Shown one piece after another: positions 23,918 to 33,608 of a stretch of 33,608 nucleotides of DNA. The stretch comes from Chthoniobacteraceae bacterium (lineage in GTDB: Bacteria > Verrucomicrobiota > Verrucomicrobiia > Chthoniobacterales > Chthoniobacteraceae): NCBI GenBank assembly GCA_031409335.1, contig JANNWY010000098.1, forward strand, positions 1-33,608, in the 5' to 3' direction. Position numbers and translations under genes: made by a program. A model generated the notes under the pieces. The model had not been told where the DNA came from and made no database searches. It saw only the letters and a program-made list of their open reading frames with translations. Numbering within the stretch: the first letter of the stretch is position 1; the number at the start of each line of letters is the position of its first letter.

Positions 23918-26900
23918 ATGAAAACTCAGCGCCGCATCCCCGCCACCGCCAAAACCTCTCGCCGCCGCTTCCGATTCTCCACATCGCTCGCCACAGGCGC
24001 GCTTGCTCTATTCGGTGCCGCCCCTACCCAGGCGCTTGATCAAACGTGGGGTGCCAATGCGGGAACTGCCTGGTATACGGGGGCCAACTGGCTGGGTGGT
24101 GCGTTTCCCGGCCTTCAGGGCGCGGCAGCTTCCAACATCGATATCGCCACGTTCACCAGTGCTGCCACGGCAACGACTTTCGGAATCAATATGGGCACGG
24201 CGAGTCTTAATTTGGGAGCGATTTCGATCGATTCCACTAGGGCCATCGCCACCAGTATCGGTAACAGCAGTGCTACCGCCGGCGTCCTGCGTCTCTTCGG
24301 AGCCACTGTCAATGGCGTGGCCAATACCATCATCAGGAACAACAGCACGGGCCTGCTCACCCTCCAAGCGACCCAAACCGGCACCATGGGTTTGGTCCTG
24401 AGTAATGCCACCAATAACATCATCACTACCGATAATACGGGCGGGGTGACGATCAGCAGCATTATCTCGGGCACAGGCAATCTCACCAAAACGGGCACAG
24501 GTGCTGGCATTTTAACCCTCTCGGGCCTCAACACTTACACCGGCACTACCACCATCACGCAAGGGCAGCTCAACGCGAGCAACGTCGTGGTCGCCTCGGG
24601 GGCCAGCGGCCTCGGAAATGCCACCAGCAACATCATTCTCGGTGGTGCGAGCACCCTCGGCACCCTCAATTATACCGGCGCTCTGGCCACGATGACGCGC
24701 GGCTTTACAGTCAACGCGGGCGGCGGCCAAATCAGCAACTCGGCGGTTGCCGCTAATGTGCTGACGGTGACTCCAACGGGCGGCGGCGCCGTGATCGCTG
24801 CCAGTGGCCCGGTCACTTTAGGGGGCGGCACGGGCGGTATCGTCCTCGGCAGCACCACCTACGCGAGCACCCTCATCACAGGATCCTCTTCCCTGACCAA
24901 GACAGGCGCTGGCACTGTCACATTGAGCACCGCTATCGGGACTGCGGCCATCACCAATGCCGCCACTCCGATCAACATCCAAGCTGGCGGGCTGACGTTC
25001 TTTCAAACGGGCACGGCAGCGGCAACGTCGGGTATCTATGGTAGCGGCACGATCACGATCACTCCCGGCGCAACCTTGACGACCGCTGCTGGCGGCGGGG
25101 TCAGTGTTTTGACGCTCGCTAATCCAGTCGTCGTCGCTGCCGCTTCCGCCACGGCAAACATCACCGCCACCAACGGCGGGATGACCAACAACCAAGGGGT
25201 TTCTTTTGCCGCTGGTTCCACGGCTGCGACCATTCTCAGGCTCTCTAACACGAACGGGGTCGCAGCCACCCTGAACCTAGGCGGCGCGATCACCGGCACG
25301 GGGACGATTACCCTCAATCCCACGGGCACTGCCTCGCTGATCACACTCTCCGGGGCGCAGAACCAGACTGGTGCGATCAATAATATCGGAACTGCTACAA
25401 ATGTGGCATCGGTTTCCCTCCTCTCGGGTGCGATCGGGGCCGGCGTTTCCGGGATTAGTCAGGCGGGTGCCAATCCGTTCACGGTCTCAGCGTCCGTCCC
25501 GCTGAGTGCGGGTCTGAACACCTTCACCTCGACGGGTGCTGGCCTGTGGACTTTCTCCAACGCAAACACCTTCACCGGCACGCAGCCCTTGACGTTCAAT
25601 GCTAACAGCACCGGTGGAATCACCGTTTCCGGCACGAACCTCAACCCCACGGGCTCGATCACCGTTTCCGGCACAGGGACCGGACAAACGACTCTCAATT
25701 CCATCATCGGTGCGAACGTGACAGGCGTCACCGTGAATACCAACGCCGCCGCGCTGACGGTATTCGGTGGAGCCAACCTCTACACGGGTAACACGACGAT
25801 CACCGCGGGTGTGGTCGTCCCCACCATTAGTTCCACAGGTGCGCCGGGAAGCCCCACCAATGGGCCTTTCGGAGCCGGAACTGGCCAGCTCATTTTGAAT
25901 GGAGCTTCGATGCGCTCGACGACCAGTGCCAACACGACCGTCGGCAACGCCGTGACCATCGCGGCGAACACCACGTTCGTGACGAGCACGTCAGAGAAGA
26001 ACCTGATCTTCACCGGCCCGGCGACCATCACCGGTGCCACCCGCACGATCACCGCCAATGCCGGCACCACCGTGGCCGGGACAGCCACCATCTTCAGCGG
26101 AGCCATTGGTGACGGCGGCAGCGGCTTCGGCCTGACCAAGGACGGCACGGGGAACTTGGTCCTCGGCGGTGTCAACACCTACACCGGCGGCACCACGGTC
26201 AATGCGGGGCTCCTGAACCTCACCGGTTCCCTGCAGACGGGCACGGCGCTCGCAGTCAACCCGAATATCGCCGGCGGCGCTACTTTCTCGCTCGCAAGCG
26301 GCGCGGCGAATCCGCTGGGCAACGTCTCGGCGCTCACCCTCGGCTCCGCCACCGGCCCGACGCTGATCGGACTTGATTTGGGTGCAAATACAGCAGCCTC
26401 CGATTCCATCATCACCCTGAATGCGGCCACCGCGACCGGGGTCATCAATTTCGGCATCACCGCCCTCGCGGGCTTTGGAAGCTCGGCATCTTATGACCTG
26501 ATCAGCGCCCTTAGCGGTCTGACGACCGGTGGCCCGACCTACGCTCTCACCAATGCGCCCGGCGGCTTCACCTACTCGCTGTCGCCCGGGGATATGCTGG
26601 TATCCCTGAACGTGGCAGCGGGGCCCGCCGGGGATCTTTTCTGGCGCGGGGAAACGGGCGGCAGTTGGAGCACCGTCAGCGGCTCGAATACGAACTGGTT
26701 CACCACACTGGGCGGAACGACCAACGCCCAATCCAATCCCGGTGCCCTCAACACGGTGAATTTCAGCAATGCGAACGTTACCGGTCCGACGATCACCACG
26801 ACGCTGGACAATAATTTCACGGTCAACAATGTCCTGTTCGGCAGCAGCCCGACCGGGGTGACTGCAGTGACGGTCGCTCCCGGGTTGACGCCTGCAGTGG

Positions 26901-29900
26901 TCCCCGGAGTGCTCACCATCGCGCCTGTTTCGTCGGCGGACGGCATCAGCGTGGCCTCCGACGCCGGCGCTGTCACCATCTCCGCCCCCGTCGTCCTCGG
27001 CGCTCCCCAAACGTGGAGCGCGGATGGCACGGGTGCCAATGGTTCCTCCCTCACCGTCAGCGGAGCCATCACCGGCTCGGGTGCCAATACCCTTACGATC
27101 AGCGGCGGCGGCACAGGAATCGTCTCCATCAACACCGTCGCCGGCCTGAACACCTACAGCGGCCCTACCACCGTGGCCAGCGGAGGCATCCTGCAAGGCG
27201 GTGTCGCAAACTCCTTCAGCACCGCCTCCGCCATCACGGTGAACGGCACCGGCATCCTGCGCCTCAACGGAATCAACAACACCATTCCTTCGCTGTCCGG
27301 AAACGGCATCGTCCAAAACAACCACGCCGCCACCGGCGCGACGCTCACAGTGGGGGATGCTAACAATACGATCTTCAGCGGCATCCTGCAAAATGGCGGG
27401 GTGGCCAACCTCGGACTGACCAAGACCGGAGCCGGCAGTCTCACGCTTAGCGGTCCCAACACCCACACGGGTGCCACCACTGTGAACGCTGGTAGTCTGA
27501 TCATGGGCAGCGCCACTGCTCTCACTGCTACCAACCCCGTCACGCTTTCAGGCACGGGCACGCTGGATATCAATGGCAACACCGTCACTATTGGCACGCT
27601 CACCTCCGCAGTCGCGACTAGCTTCATCACCAATACCAGCGCAGGTGGCCATGCCGCGACTGCCACCACCGCCGGGACGCCTGCTGGCTTGGTGGATGCC
27701 CTCAACGCCACCACTGGCGGCACCGTCGCTGCCCTCATCACCGACGGTGGCACCCGCAAAACGCAGATCACCATCAGCAACGCGAATAGTAACCCCATTT
27801 TCACAAACTCGGGCAACACGTTCTCCGGTGGCGTGGTGCTGCTGAATACTGCGGCGGGCACTCGCCTCTCGCTTGGAACTATCGTCGCAGGAGCTTATGG
27901 CACCGGTCCAATCATTATTGGGCAGGCAGCGACTGACAAGGCAGGGCTCTTCTTTAGCACCGCAGGCCAGACCCTGACCAACCCCGTCATCTTCAACACC
28001 GCGCTCGGCACGGATCGGGTCGGCATCCGGGCGGATGGGGCGGCTACCTTGTCCGGAAAGATCACCGCCAATCTTGCACCCGCGACCTTTACCTCCAACA
28101 ACGCTACCGCTGGCAACTTTCTGCTCACAGGACAAGTCACCGGTGCCTCCGGTCTGGTGCTGGACATCACTTCCCTTGCTGCAGCTGCGACGAGTTTCAA
28201 CGTCACGCTGAACAATACCGGCACCCCCAACGATTACGCGGGTGACACGGTCGTCAACTTCGCTGCCGCGAACGGCAAGAGCGCGACCCTGAATCTCGGT
28301 GCTGCCAACCAAATTCCCAACGGTGCTGGCACCGGCACGGTTTTTCTCAACACCACTGGCACCGGCGTCGGCCTGCTGAACCTTGCAGGTTTCAGCGAAA
28401 CCATCAACGGCTTGAGCGGAAGCGGCACCGTGGAGGGAGCCAGCGGCACCCCAACTCTTACTCTGGGCGATAACAACGCCACGGGCAACACTTTCAGCGG
28501 CGTCATCAGAAACACCGCAGGCACGCTAACGCTGACGAAAATCGGCACCGGCACGCAAACGCTGAGCGGTGCCAGCACCTTCACCGGACCACTCAATGTC
28601 AACGGTGGTTTGATTGCCTTTGCCACCTCGCCAGCCACCGCTGGCCCGCTCGGCAACTCCACGGTCGTCAACCTGAACGGTGGCGGCCTCAGCTCCACCG
28701 CCGTCGCCACCGCAGGAAATCTCAACCGTCCGATTGCCATCGGTGCGGGCGACGGCACCATTAATGTGGTGGATGCCGTCAGTGTTCTGACCATTCCCGG
28801 AGCATCCAGCACGGGCGGCGGTCTCGTGAAGAACGGCACTGGCGGTGCTATCATTACCGGCACCACGGCCATGGGCGGAGGTTCCGTGACGGTGAACGAT
28901 GGTAAATTGACCGCCGGCTTCGGTGTGAGCGGCGTCAATAATGTGAGTGTAGGGGCCACGGGTAATCTCTCGTTCCAAAACGTTGCCGCCGAAGTCCTCA
29001 CCCTCACCGGTGGCATCACCCTCACGGGTGGTGGGCGTCTCGGATTTGACCTCGCCGCCAACAGTGGGCCTCCGGGAGTCAGCGACCAGTTGGTCTCGTC
29101 CGTCGCCGCCACCACCAGCGGAGTCATCACCCTGGACTTCATGAATCTCGCAGGATTCGGTTCTGGTGTGTACGATCTGATTTCCGCCTCGGGTGGTCTC
29201 AATGGGGCCACTTATGTGCTCGGCACTGGCGTCAGCGGATTTAAGCTGGTTCCTACGGCGACCCCGACTCTGGTCTTCCTGACTGTGTCGCCCTTCATTC
29301 CCACCTACTGGCGTGGGGGGCAGAATGCATCCTGGTCCACCCTGGGTGCGGGAGTCGCGAATTGGACCACTGACCCTGCGGGCACCGCCGATGACACATC
29401 AGTTCCGGGATCCGTGGACACCGTCGTCTTCAGCGCTACTGGCGCGCCATTCACGTCCACCACGGTTATTGATACCACTCTGGATGCGGCCTTCGTCATC
29501 GACAGCATGCAATTTAACAACGTGCCCGCAGGCATCACTGGGGTGTCCATCAACTCTGGCGTTGGCGGTGCGGCCAGCACCCTCACGATCAGCCCCACCA
29601 GCAATGTGGATGGCATCGAGGTGCAGAATGGTGCGGGAACCATCACTATCGGTGCGCCGATGATTGCCGGGACTTCCCAAACATGGTCCGTCACCGGCAC
29701 GGGCAATGCGCTGGTGGTCAGTGGCGACACCACCTTCACCGGCCCTGTCCGCAAGACGGGTGCGGGTGCGCTCACCCTCAGCGGTATTGCGAATAGTGGA
29801 GCGGGTGGAGTGACCCTCGATGGCGGCACCTTGAATATCGGCAGCAGCACGGCCCTCGGGACTGGCACCTTTGCCATTGGCGCTCTAACGACAATCGACG

Positions 29901-32900
29901 CCATCGGCGGCGCGCAAGCACTCACGGCGAACAATGTCCAGACCTGGAAGGGGCCATTTACCTTCACCGGCTCCAATGCGCTCGACCTCGGGACTGGAGC
30001 CGTGACGATGACCCAAAACGTCGCCGTGACCACTTCTACGGCTGCGATCCCCTTCACTATCGGTGGGATTATCGGTGAAAGCGGCGGTGTCCGTTCCCTC
30101 ACGAAAGACGGGGCAGGAGCGCTCATCCTCAGCGGAAACAATAACTACACCGGCCTGACCGCCGTGAATGCAGGCGTCCTCACCCTGTCGGGCAATAACT
30201 CCGCCGCCACGGGCGGCGTGACCCTCACCGCAGGCCAGTTGAACATTAACCACAACAACGCCCTCGGATCCGGTCGCTTGACGCTCAGCGGCGGCACGTT
30301 TGACAGCACCAACGGTGCCCGCACAGTGGCAGGTAGTATTCCCCAGACTTGGTCAACCGGGGCGACCACGATCTTTGCCGGAACCAACACCCTAGACCTC
30401 GGCGCGGGTGCCGTGGACCTCGGGACCGATTCCACTGTGGGGGCCTTTACCCTGACAAATAACAGCCTCTTGGTAGGCACCTCACTCAGCGTCGGTGGCA
30501 ACATCTCGGCAATCGCGGGTGGAGGCCCTGGCGTCAAGACGCTCACCCTCAATGGGGTTGGCACCACACTCCTCAGCGGCAACCTCAGTGCGGGCGCAGC
30601 AACCGCCCTGATCGTCAACAACGGCATCACCAGCGCAGGCAGCCTGAAGCTCTCAGGCACCAGCACGATCCGGACCCTGAACATCACCCAGACTGGCGGG
30701 GTCGTGGATCTCACCGGTGGCAACCTCACGGTCGCTAACGCCGGAGCCACCGTCGTTCTTGCTTCGAACAATGCCACGCTGAACGGGGGAACCATCACCC
30801 TGACCACCGGAACGGCAGGCACTGCGACCGCGGCCCAAAACTATGCGGATTTCGGTGCCACCGCCGGCACGGTGACGGTTAACTCGCTCATCGCTGGTAA
30901 CGCCGGTATCGGTGTGGATTTCTTCCCTGGCGGCGGAACCGTCGTCCTGACAAACGCGAACACTTTCTCCGGGCCCGCGGGTATCGCTGGCACGGTCAAG
31001 GTCACATCCATCAACGACATCGGCGTCGCGGGCAACCTCGGCACGGGTGCGACCTTGGGAACGAACCCGGCTGCCATCCAACTCGGGAACGGGGGCGTCG
31101 CTGGCACGCTCGTTTATGACACTGCCGGCACGGGTGAAACGACCAATAAGTCGCTCAGCTTCGGGAGCACCACTGCGACGGTCACGATTGATATGTCGGG
31201 CACGGGCCTCCTGCGGTTCTCAGCGATCGGCAACATTGTCGGCGCCGCCGCAGGTGCCAAGACCCTGACCCTGCAAGGTTCCACCGCCGGCAGCGGCCAG
31301 ATCGACCAAAACATCGTCAACACCACCAACGGTGGCGCGGTGATCTCGGTCACGAAGCTCGGTACCGGCGAGTGGATCCTCGCGGGAGCCAACACCTACA
31401 CCGGCGCGACCACGGTCAGCGCCGGCACCCTCACGCTTTCCGGCGCCCGCTTGGCTGCGGCCACCGGGGGCTTCAATGTCGGCACTGTGACCGGAAGCAC
31501 GGGGACTCTGAACGTCACGAACGGCACGTTCACGGTCGGAACCTCTGGTTCGAATTTCCTCGTTGGCAACGGCACCGCCAGCACCGGCATCCTGACTCAG
31601 TCCGGCGGCAGTCTGACAACGATCGGCAATCAGTTGCTTATCGGCAATAACACTGCCACCGGCACCTATAATTTGACAGGCACGGGCATGCTCACCACGA
31701 TCGCCGGCGCGCTCGGCGTGACTGTCGGTGTCAACACGGGTACCACGGGCACCTTCAACCTCAGCGGCATGGGCACGCTGACGATGCCCGCGACTTCCAC
31801 CCTGCAGATCACCCGTTCGGATAATACCGTTGCTACCGATGTGACAGGCACGTTCAATCAAACGGGCGGCACGGCGACGGTGGGCATCCTGCAAATGGGT
31901 GGCAGTTCCACGACGCCCGCCAACGGTGCGAACGCGAACGCCACCTTAACGCTCAGGGGAGGGACTTTCGCGGCCACGACCTTCAATGTTCTCTCCGGCG
32001 GGAATAACAGCATCTCCACGATTACGATTGGCGACACCGCCCAAGTCACCCTGCCGGTCTTCCCGACGAATGTTAAAGGAACTGGAGCGACGGCTACCAT
32101 CACCTTCGATTCCTCCACGATGGGCTTTCTTTCCCCGGCTGCGGCCAGTGCCACCTACATGCCCGCCGGAACCTTCACGAATGCCTACCTCACCGCCAAT
32201 GGCGCGAAATTCAATGTGCCCACAGCAAGGGACATTACCATTGCCCAGATGCTTGAAAATGCCGTATCCCCCGCCGCAGTCGGCACGCTCACCAAGGATG
32301 GTGTCGGCGTGCTGACCCTCTCGGGAGCGAATACCTACACCGGCCTGACTTCGGTGAATGTCGGAAGTATCAATCTGGGGAACATTGACGCCCTCGGAAC
32401 TACCGCCGCCGGCACCACTGTGGCGAGCGGCGCCCGTGTCACGTTCGGCACTCTGACGACGGGAGCGACCGTAGCCGAGGCCTTCAACATTGCCGGCACC
32501 GGAACCGCCACCAATGGGGTGCTCAACGTAGGCGGCAGCAAGACCATCAACCTGAGCGGTGCGATCACTCTGTCCGCCAATGCCACAGTCAGTGCCGACG
32601 GTGGTGCCGCCTTCAACTTCACCAACGCCGCCTCGTTTACGGGAACGAACACCAATCTCACCTTCCAAACCGACGGCAGTGTCGCGAGTAGCATCACCGG
32701 AGTCGTCGCCTTGGGAACCGGAAGTCTGACCAAGACCGGAACTTCGACGCTGGTGCTCTCTGGCAATAACACCTACAGCGGCGGCACCGCGCTTTCTGGT
32801 GGTATCATCCAAGCGAATCATAACAACGCCCTCGGCACTAACACTGTAGTCATCGCGGGAGGAAGCCCGACGGGAGGAGCCGTTCGCCTCAGTGTCGGCA

Positions 32901-33608
32901 GCGGCATCAACATCGCCAATGCGATCACCATTAACGCCAACTCTGGTATTGCCGGACGTGGTTTGATCGAGGCATCGGCGGGAACGGCGACCCTCAGTGG
33001 ACCAATCACCATCAATAACGCCACACCCGCAGGCGGCCTCTTTGCCAGCGCGGGAGCAGCCATATTGGATATTCAGGGAGTCATCACTTCCTCCGTCGAT
33101 GTAACTCAGCGTTTGGGAACTGTTATCTACTCCGGCGGCGGCACCGGCTATAGCCTCCTAAATGTCAGTGGAACCGCTCGCGTCGGCGCCATTAACGGCA
33201 TTTCCACCACTGCCACCGTGCTCCTCGGCGGCAGCTTAGCGGCAAGCCTCGATCTCAACGGCCTCAACCAAAGTCTCGCGGGCATTACCAAAGGTCCACA
33301 GTCCGCGACCATTGGCAACAGCTCCACCACCGCCGACTCCGTCCTCACCACGACGGGAACTTCCATCTATGCAGGAACCATCGTGGACGTCATTTCTCCC
33401 GGCACTCGCAAGGTCGGCCTGACGGTTGCCTCCGGTGCCCTGACTCTCTCCGGCGTGAACACCTATTCGGGTGCGACGACCATCAATGCCGGCACGCTGG
33501 CGGCGGGAGTGGCCTCGGTGGCGAATGTCAGCGGAGCGTTCGGCAATAACTCGGCCGTGACTTTCGCCAATGTGGCCGGAGCCACGATGGATATCACGGG
33601 CTTCGACA
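23918..33608 (+). CDS. Giant secreted autotransporter-associated beta-strand repeat protein (>3200 aa, 3' truncated by window edge)
   Basis: ATG 23918, signal peptide MKTQRR...ALFGAAPTQA. The frame was spot-checked at many lines and the track lists no stop-terminated ORF in it. Repeated LTKTGxGxLTLSGxNTYTGxTT units run to the window end. Confidence 0.92.
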   Translation, partial: MKTQRRIPATAKTSRRRFRFSTSLATGALALFGAAPTQALDQTWGANAGTAWYTGANWLGGAFPGLQGAAASNIDIATFTSAATATTFGINMGTASLNLGAISIDSTRAIATSIGNSSATAGVLRLFGATVNGVANTIIRNNSTGLLTLQATQTGTMGLVLSNATNNIITTDNTGGVTISSIISGTGNLTKTGTGAGILTLSGLNTYTGTTTITQGQLNASNVVVASGASGLGNATSNIILGGASTLGTLNYTGALATMTRGFTVNAGGGQISNSAVAANVLTVTPTGGGAVIAASGPVTLGGGTGGIVLGSTTYASTLITGSSSLTKTGAGTVTLSTAIGTAAITNAATPINIQAGGLTFFQTGTAAATSGIYGSGTITITPGATLTTAAGGGVSVLTLANPVVVAAASATANITATNGGMTNNQGVSFAAGSTAATILRLSNTNGVAATLNLGGAITGTGTITLNPTGTASLITLSGAQNQTGAINNIGTATNVASVSLLSGAIGAGVSGISQAGANPFTVSASVPLSAGLNTFTSTGAGLWTFSNANTFTGTQPLTFNANSTGGITVSGTNLNPTGSITVSGTGTGQTTLNSIIGANVTGVTVNTNAAALTVFGGANLYTGNTTITAGVVVPTISSTGAPGSPTNGPFGAGTGQLILNGASMRSTTSANTTVGNAVTIAANTTFVTSTSEKNLIFTGPATITGATRTITANAGTTVAGTATIFSGAIGDGGSGFGLTKDGTGNLVLGGVNTYTGGTTVNAGLLNLTGSLQTGTALAVNPNIAGGATFSLASGAANPLGNVSALTLGSATGPTLIGLDLGANTAASDSIITLNAATATGVINFGITALAGFGSSASYDLISALSGLTTGGPTYALTNAPGGFTYSLSPGDMLVSLNVAAGPAGDLFWRGETGGSWSTVSGSNTNWFTTLGGTTNAQSNPGALNTVNFSNANVTGPTITTTLDNNFTVNNVLFGSSPTGVTAVTVAPGLTPAVVPGVLTIAPVSSADGISVASDAGAVTISAPVVLGAPQTWSADGTGANGSSLTVSGAITGSGANTLTISGGGTGIVSINTVAGLNTYSGPTTVASGGILQGGVANSFSTASAITVNGTGILRLNGINNTIPSLSGNGIVQNNHAATGATLTVGDANNTIFSGILQNGGVANLGLTKTGAGSLTLSGPNTHTGATTVNAGSLIMGSATALTATNPVTLSGTGTLDINGNTVTIGTLTSAVATSFITNTSAGGHAATATTAGTPAGLVDALNATTGGTVAALITDGGTRKTQITISNANSNPIFTNSGNTFSGGVVLLNTAAGTRLSLGTIVAGAYGTGPIIIGQAATDKAGLFFSTAGQTLTNPVIFNTALGTDRVGIRADGAATLSGKITANLAPATFTSNNATAGNFLLTGQVTGASGLVLDITSLAAAATSFNVTLNNTGTPNDYAGDTVVNFAAANGKSATLNLGAANQIPNGAGTGTVFLNTTGTGVGLLNLAGFSETINGLSGSGTVEGASGTPTLTLGDNNATGNTFSGVIRNTAGTLTLTKIGTGTQTLSGASTFTGPLNVNGGLIAFATSPATAGPLGNSTVVNLNGGGLSSTAVATAGNLNRPIAIGAGDGTINVVDAVSVLTIPGASSTGGGLVKNGTGGAIITGTTAMGGGSVTVNDGKLTAGFGVSGVNNVSVGATGNLSFQNVAAEVLTLTGGITLTGGGRLGFDLAANSGPPGVSDQLVSSVAATTSGVITLDFMNLAGFGSGVYDLISASGGLNGATYVLGTGVSGFKLVPTATPTLVFLTVSPFIPTYWRGGQNASWSTLGAGVANWTTDPAGTADDTSVPGSVDTVVFSATGAPFTSTTVIDTTLDAAFVIDSMQFNNVPAGITGVSINSGVGGAASTLTISPTSNVDGIEVQNGAGTITIGAPMIAGTSQTWSVTGTGNALVVSGDTTFTGPVRKTGAGALTLSGIANSGAGGVTLDGGTLNIGSSTALGTGTFAIGALTTIDAIGGAQALTANNVQTWKGPFTFTGSNALDLGTGAVTMTQNVAVTTSTAAIPFTIGGIIGESGGVRSLTKDGAGALILSGNNNYTGLTAVNAGVLTLSGNNSAATGGVTLTAGQLNINHNNALGSGRLTLSGGTFDSTNGARTVAGSIPQTWSTGATTIFAGTNTLDLGAGAVDLGTDSTVGAFTLTNNSLLVGTSLSVGGNISAIAGGGPGVKTLTLNGVGTTLLSGNLSAGAATALIVNNGITSAGSLKLSGTSTIRTLNITQTGGVVDLTGGNLTVANAGATVVLASNNATLNGGTITLTTGTAGTATAAQNYADFGATAGTVTVNSLIAGNAGIGVDFFPGGGTVVLTNANTFSGPAGIAGTVKVTSINDIGVAGNLGTGATLGTNPAAIQLGNGGVAGTLVYDTAGTGETTNKSLSFGSTTATVTIDMSGTGLLRFSAIGNIVGAAAGAKTLTLQGSTAGSGQIDQNIVNTTNGGAVISVTKLGTGEWILAGANTYTGATTVSAGTLTLSGARLAAATGGFNVGTVTGSTGTLNVTNGTFTVGTSGSNFLVGNGTASTGILTQSGGSLTTIGNQLLIGNNTATGTYNLTGTGMLTTIAGALGVTVGVNTGTTGTFNLSGMGTLTMPATSTLQITRSDNTVATDVTGTFNQTGGTATVGILQMGGSSTTPANGANANATLTLRGGTFAATTFNVLSGGNNSISTITIGDTAQVTLPVFPTNVKGTGATATITFDSSTMGFLSPAAASATYMPAGTFTNAYLTANGAKFNVPTARDITIAQMLENAVSPAAVGTLTKDGVGVLTLSGANTYTGLTSVNVGSINLGNIDALGTTAAGTTVASGARVTFGTLTTGATVAEAFNIAGTGTATNGVLNVGGSKTINLSGAITLSANATVSADGGAAFNFTNAASFTGTNTNLTFQTDGSVASSITGVVALGTGSLTKTGTSTLVLSGNNTYSGGTALSGGIIQANHNNALGTNTVVIAGGSPTGGAVRLSVGSGINIANAITINANSGIAGRGLIEASAGTATLSGPITINNATPAGGLFASAGAAILDIQGVITSSVDVTQRLGTVIYSGGGTGYSLLNVSGTARVGAINGISTTATVLLGGSLAASLDLNGLNQSLAGITKGPQSATIGNSSTTADSVLTTTGTSIYAGTIVDVISPGTRKVGLTVASGALTLSGVNTYSGATTINAGTLAAGVASVANVSGAFGNNSAVTFANVAGATMDITGFD

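Noticed and set aside
23957..23977. SRRRFRF as a Tat signal for the giant protein
   Set aside because: Arg-rich n-regions also occur in the paralogue, and Tat export of a folded >3200-aa protein is implausible.
1..33608. CRISPR array, transposase, reverse transcriptase/DGR or rRNA
   Set aside because: No regularly spaced repeats, no TR/VR-like near-identical pair and no such protein motifs seen.

Overview
GC-rich bacterial window, most likely from a Verrucomicrobiota (Chthoniobacterales-like) genome. That is an inference from the PEP-CTERM proteins, FecR-LamG anti-sigma, CotH/lamin-tail protein, pilin-like orphan and SD-less ATG-AAA starts. The left part is ordinary: 3' end of a urease operon (ureC-E-F-G-D), a YihY membrane protein, moaA, a metallophosphoesterase, a TPR-like protein, an alpha/beta hydrolase, a nonsense-interrupted secreted protein, a prepilin-type protein and tRNA-Gly(CCC). 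Right of the tRNA is an accessory cell-surface region. It has an ECF sigma/FecR-LamG pair divergent from a ~1630-aa passenger-repeat PEP-CTERM protein, a CotH-family protein, and a >3200-codon repeat-protein gene missing from the ORF track that runs off the window. Three genes there appear to have collapsed by in-frame internal deletion (SGNH hydrolase, HNH nuclease, signal peptide fused to PEP-CTERM). The most unusual non-coding signal is a 71-nt four-arm tRNA-like cloverleaf ending in T-CCA at 7200-7270. A shared GCCCC-W5-GGGGC palindrome precedes both surface-protein loci.
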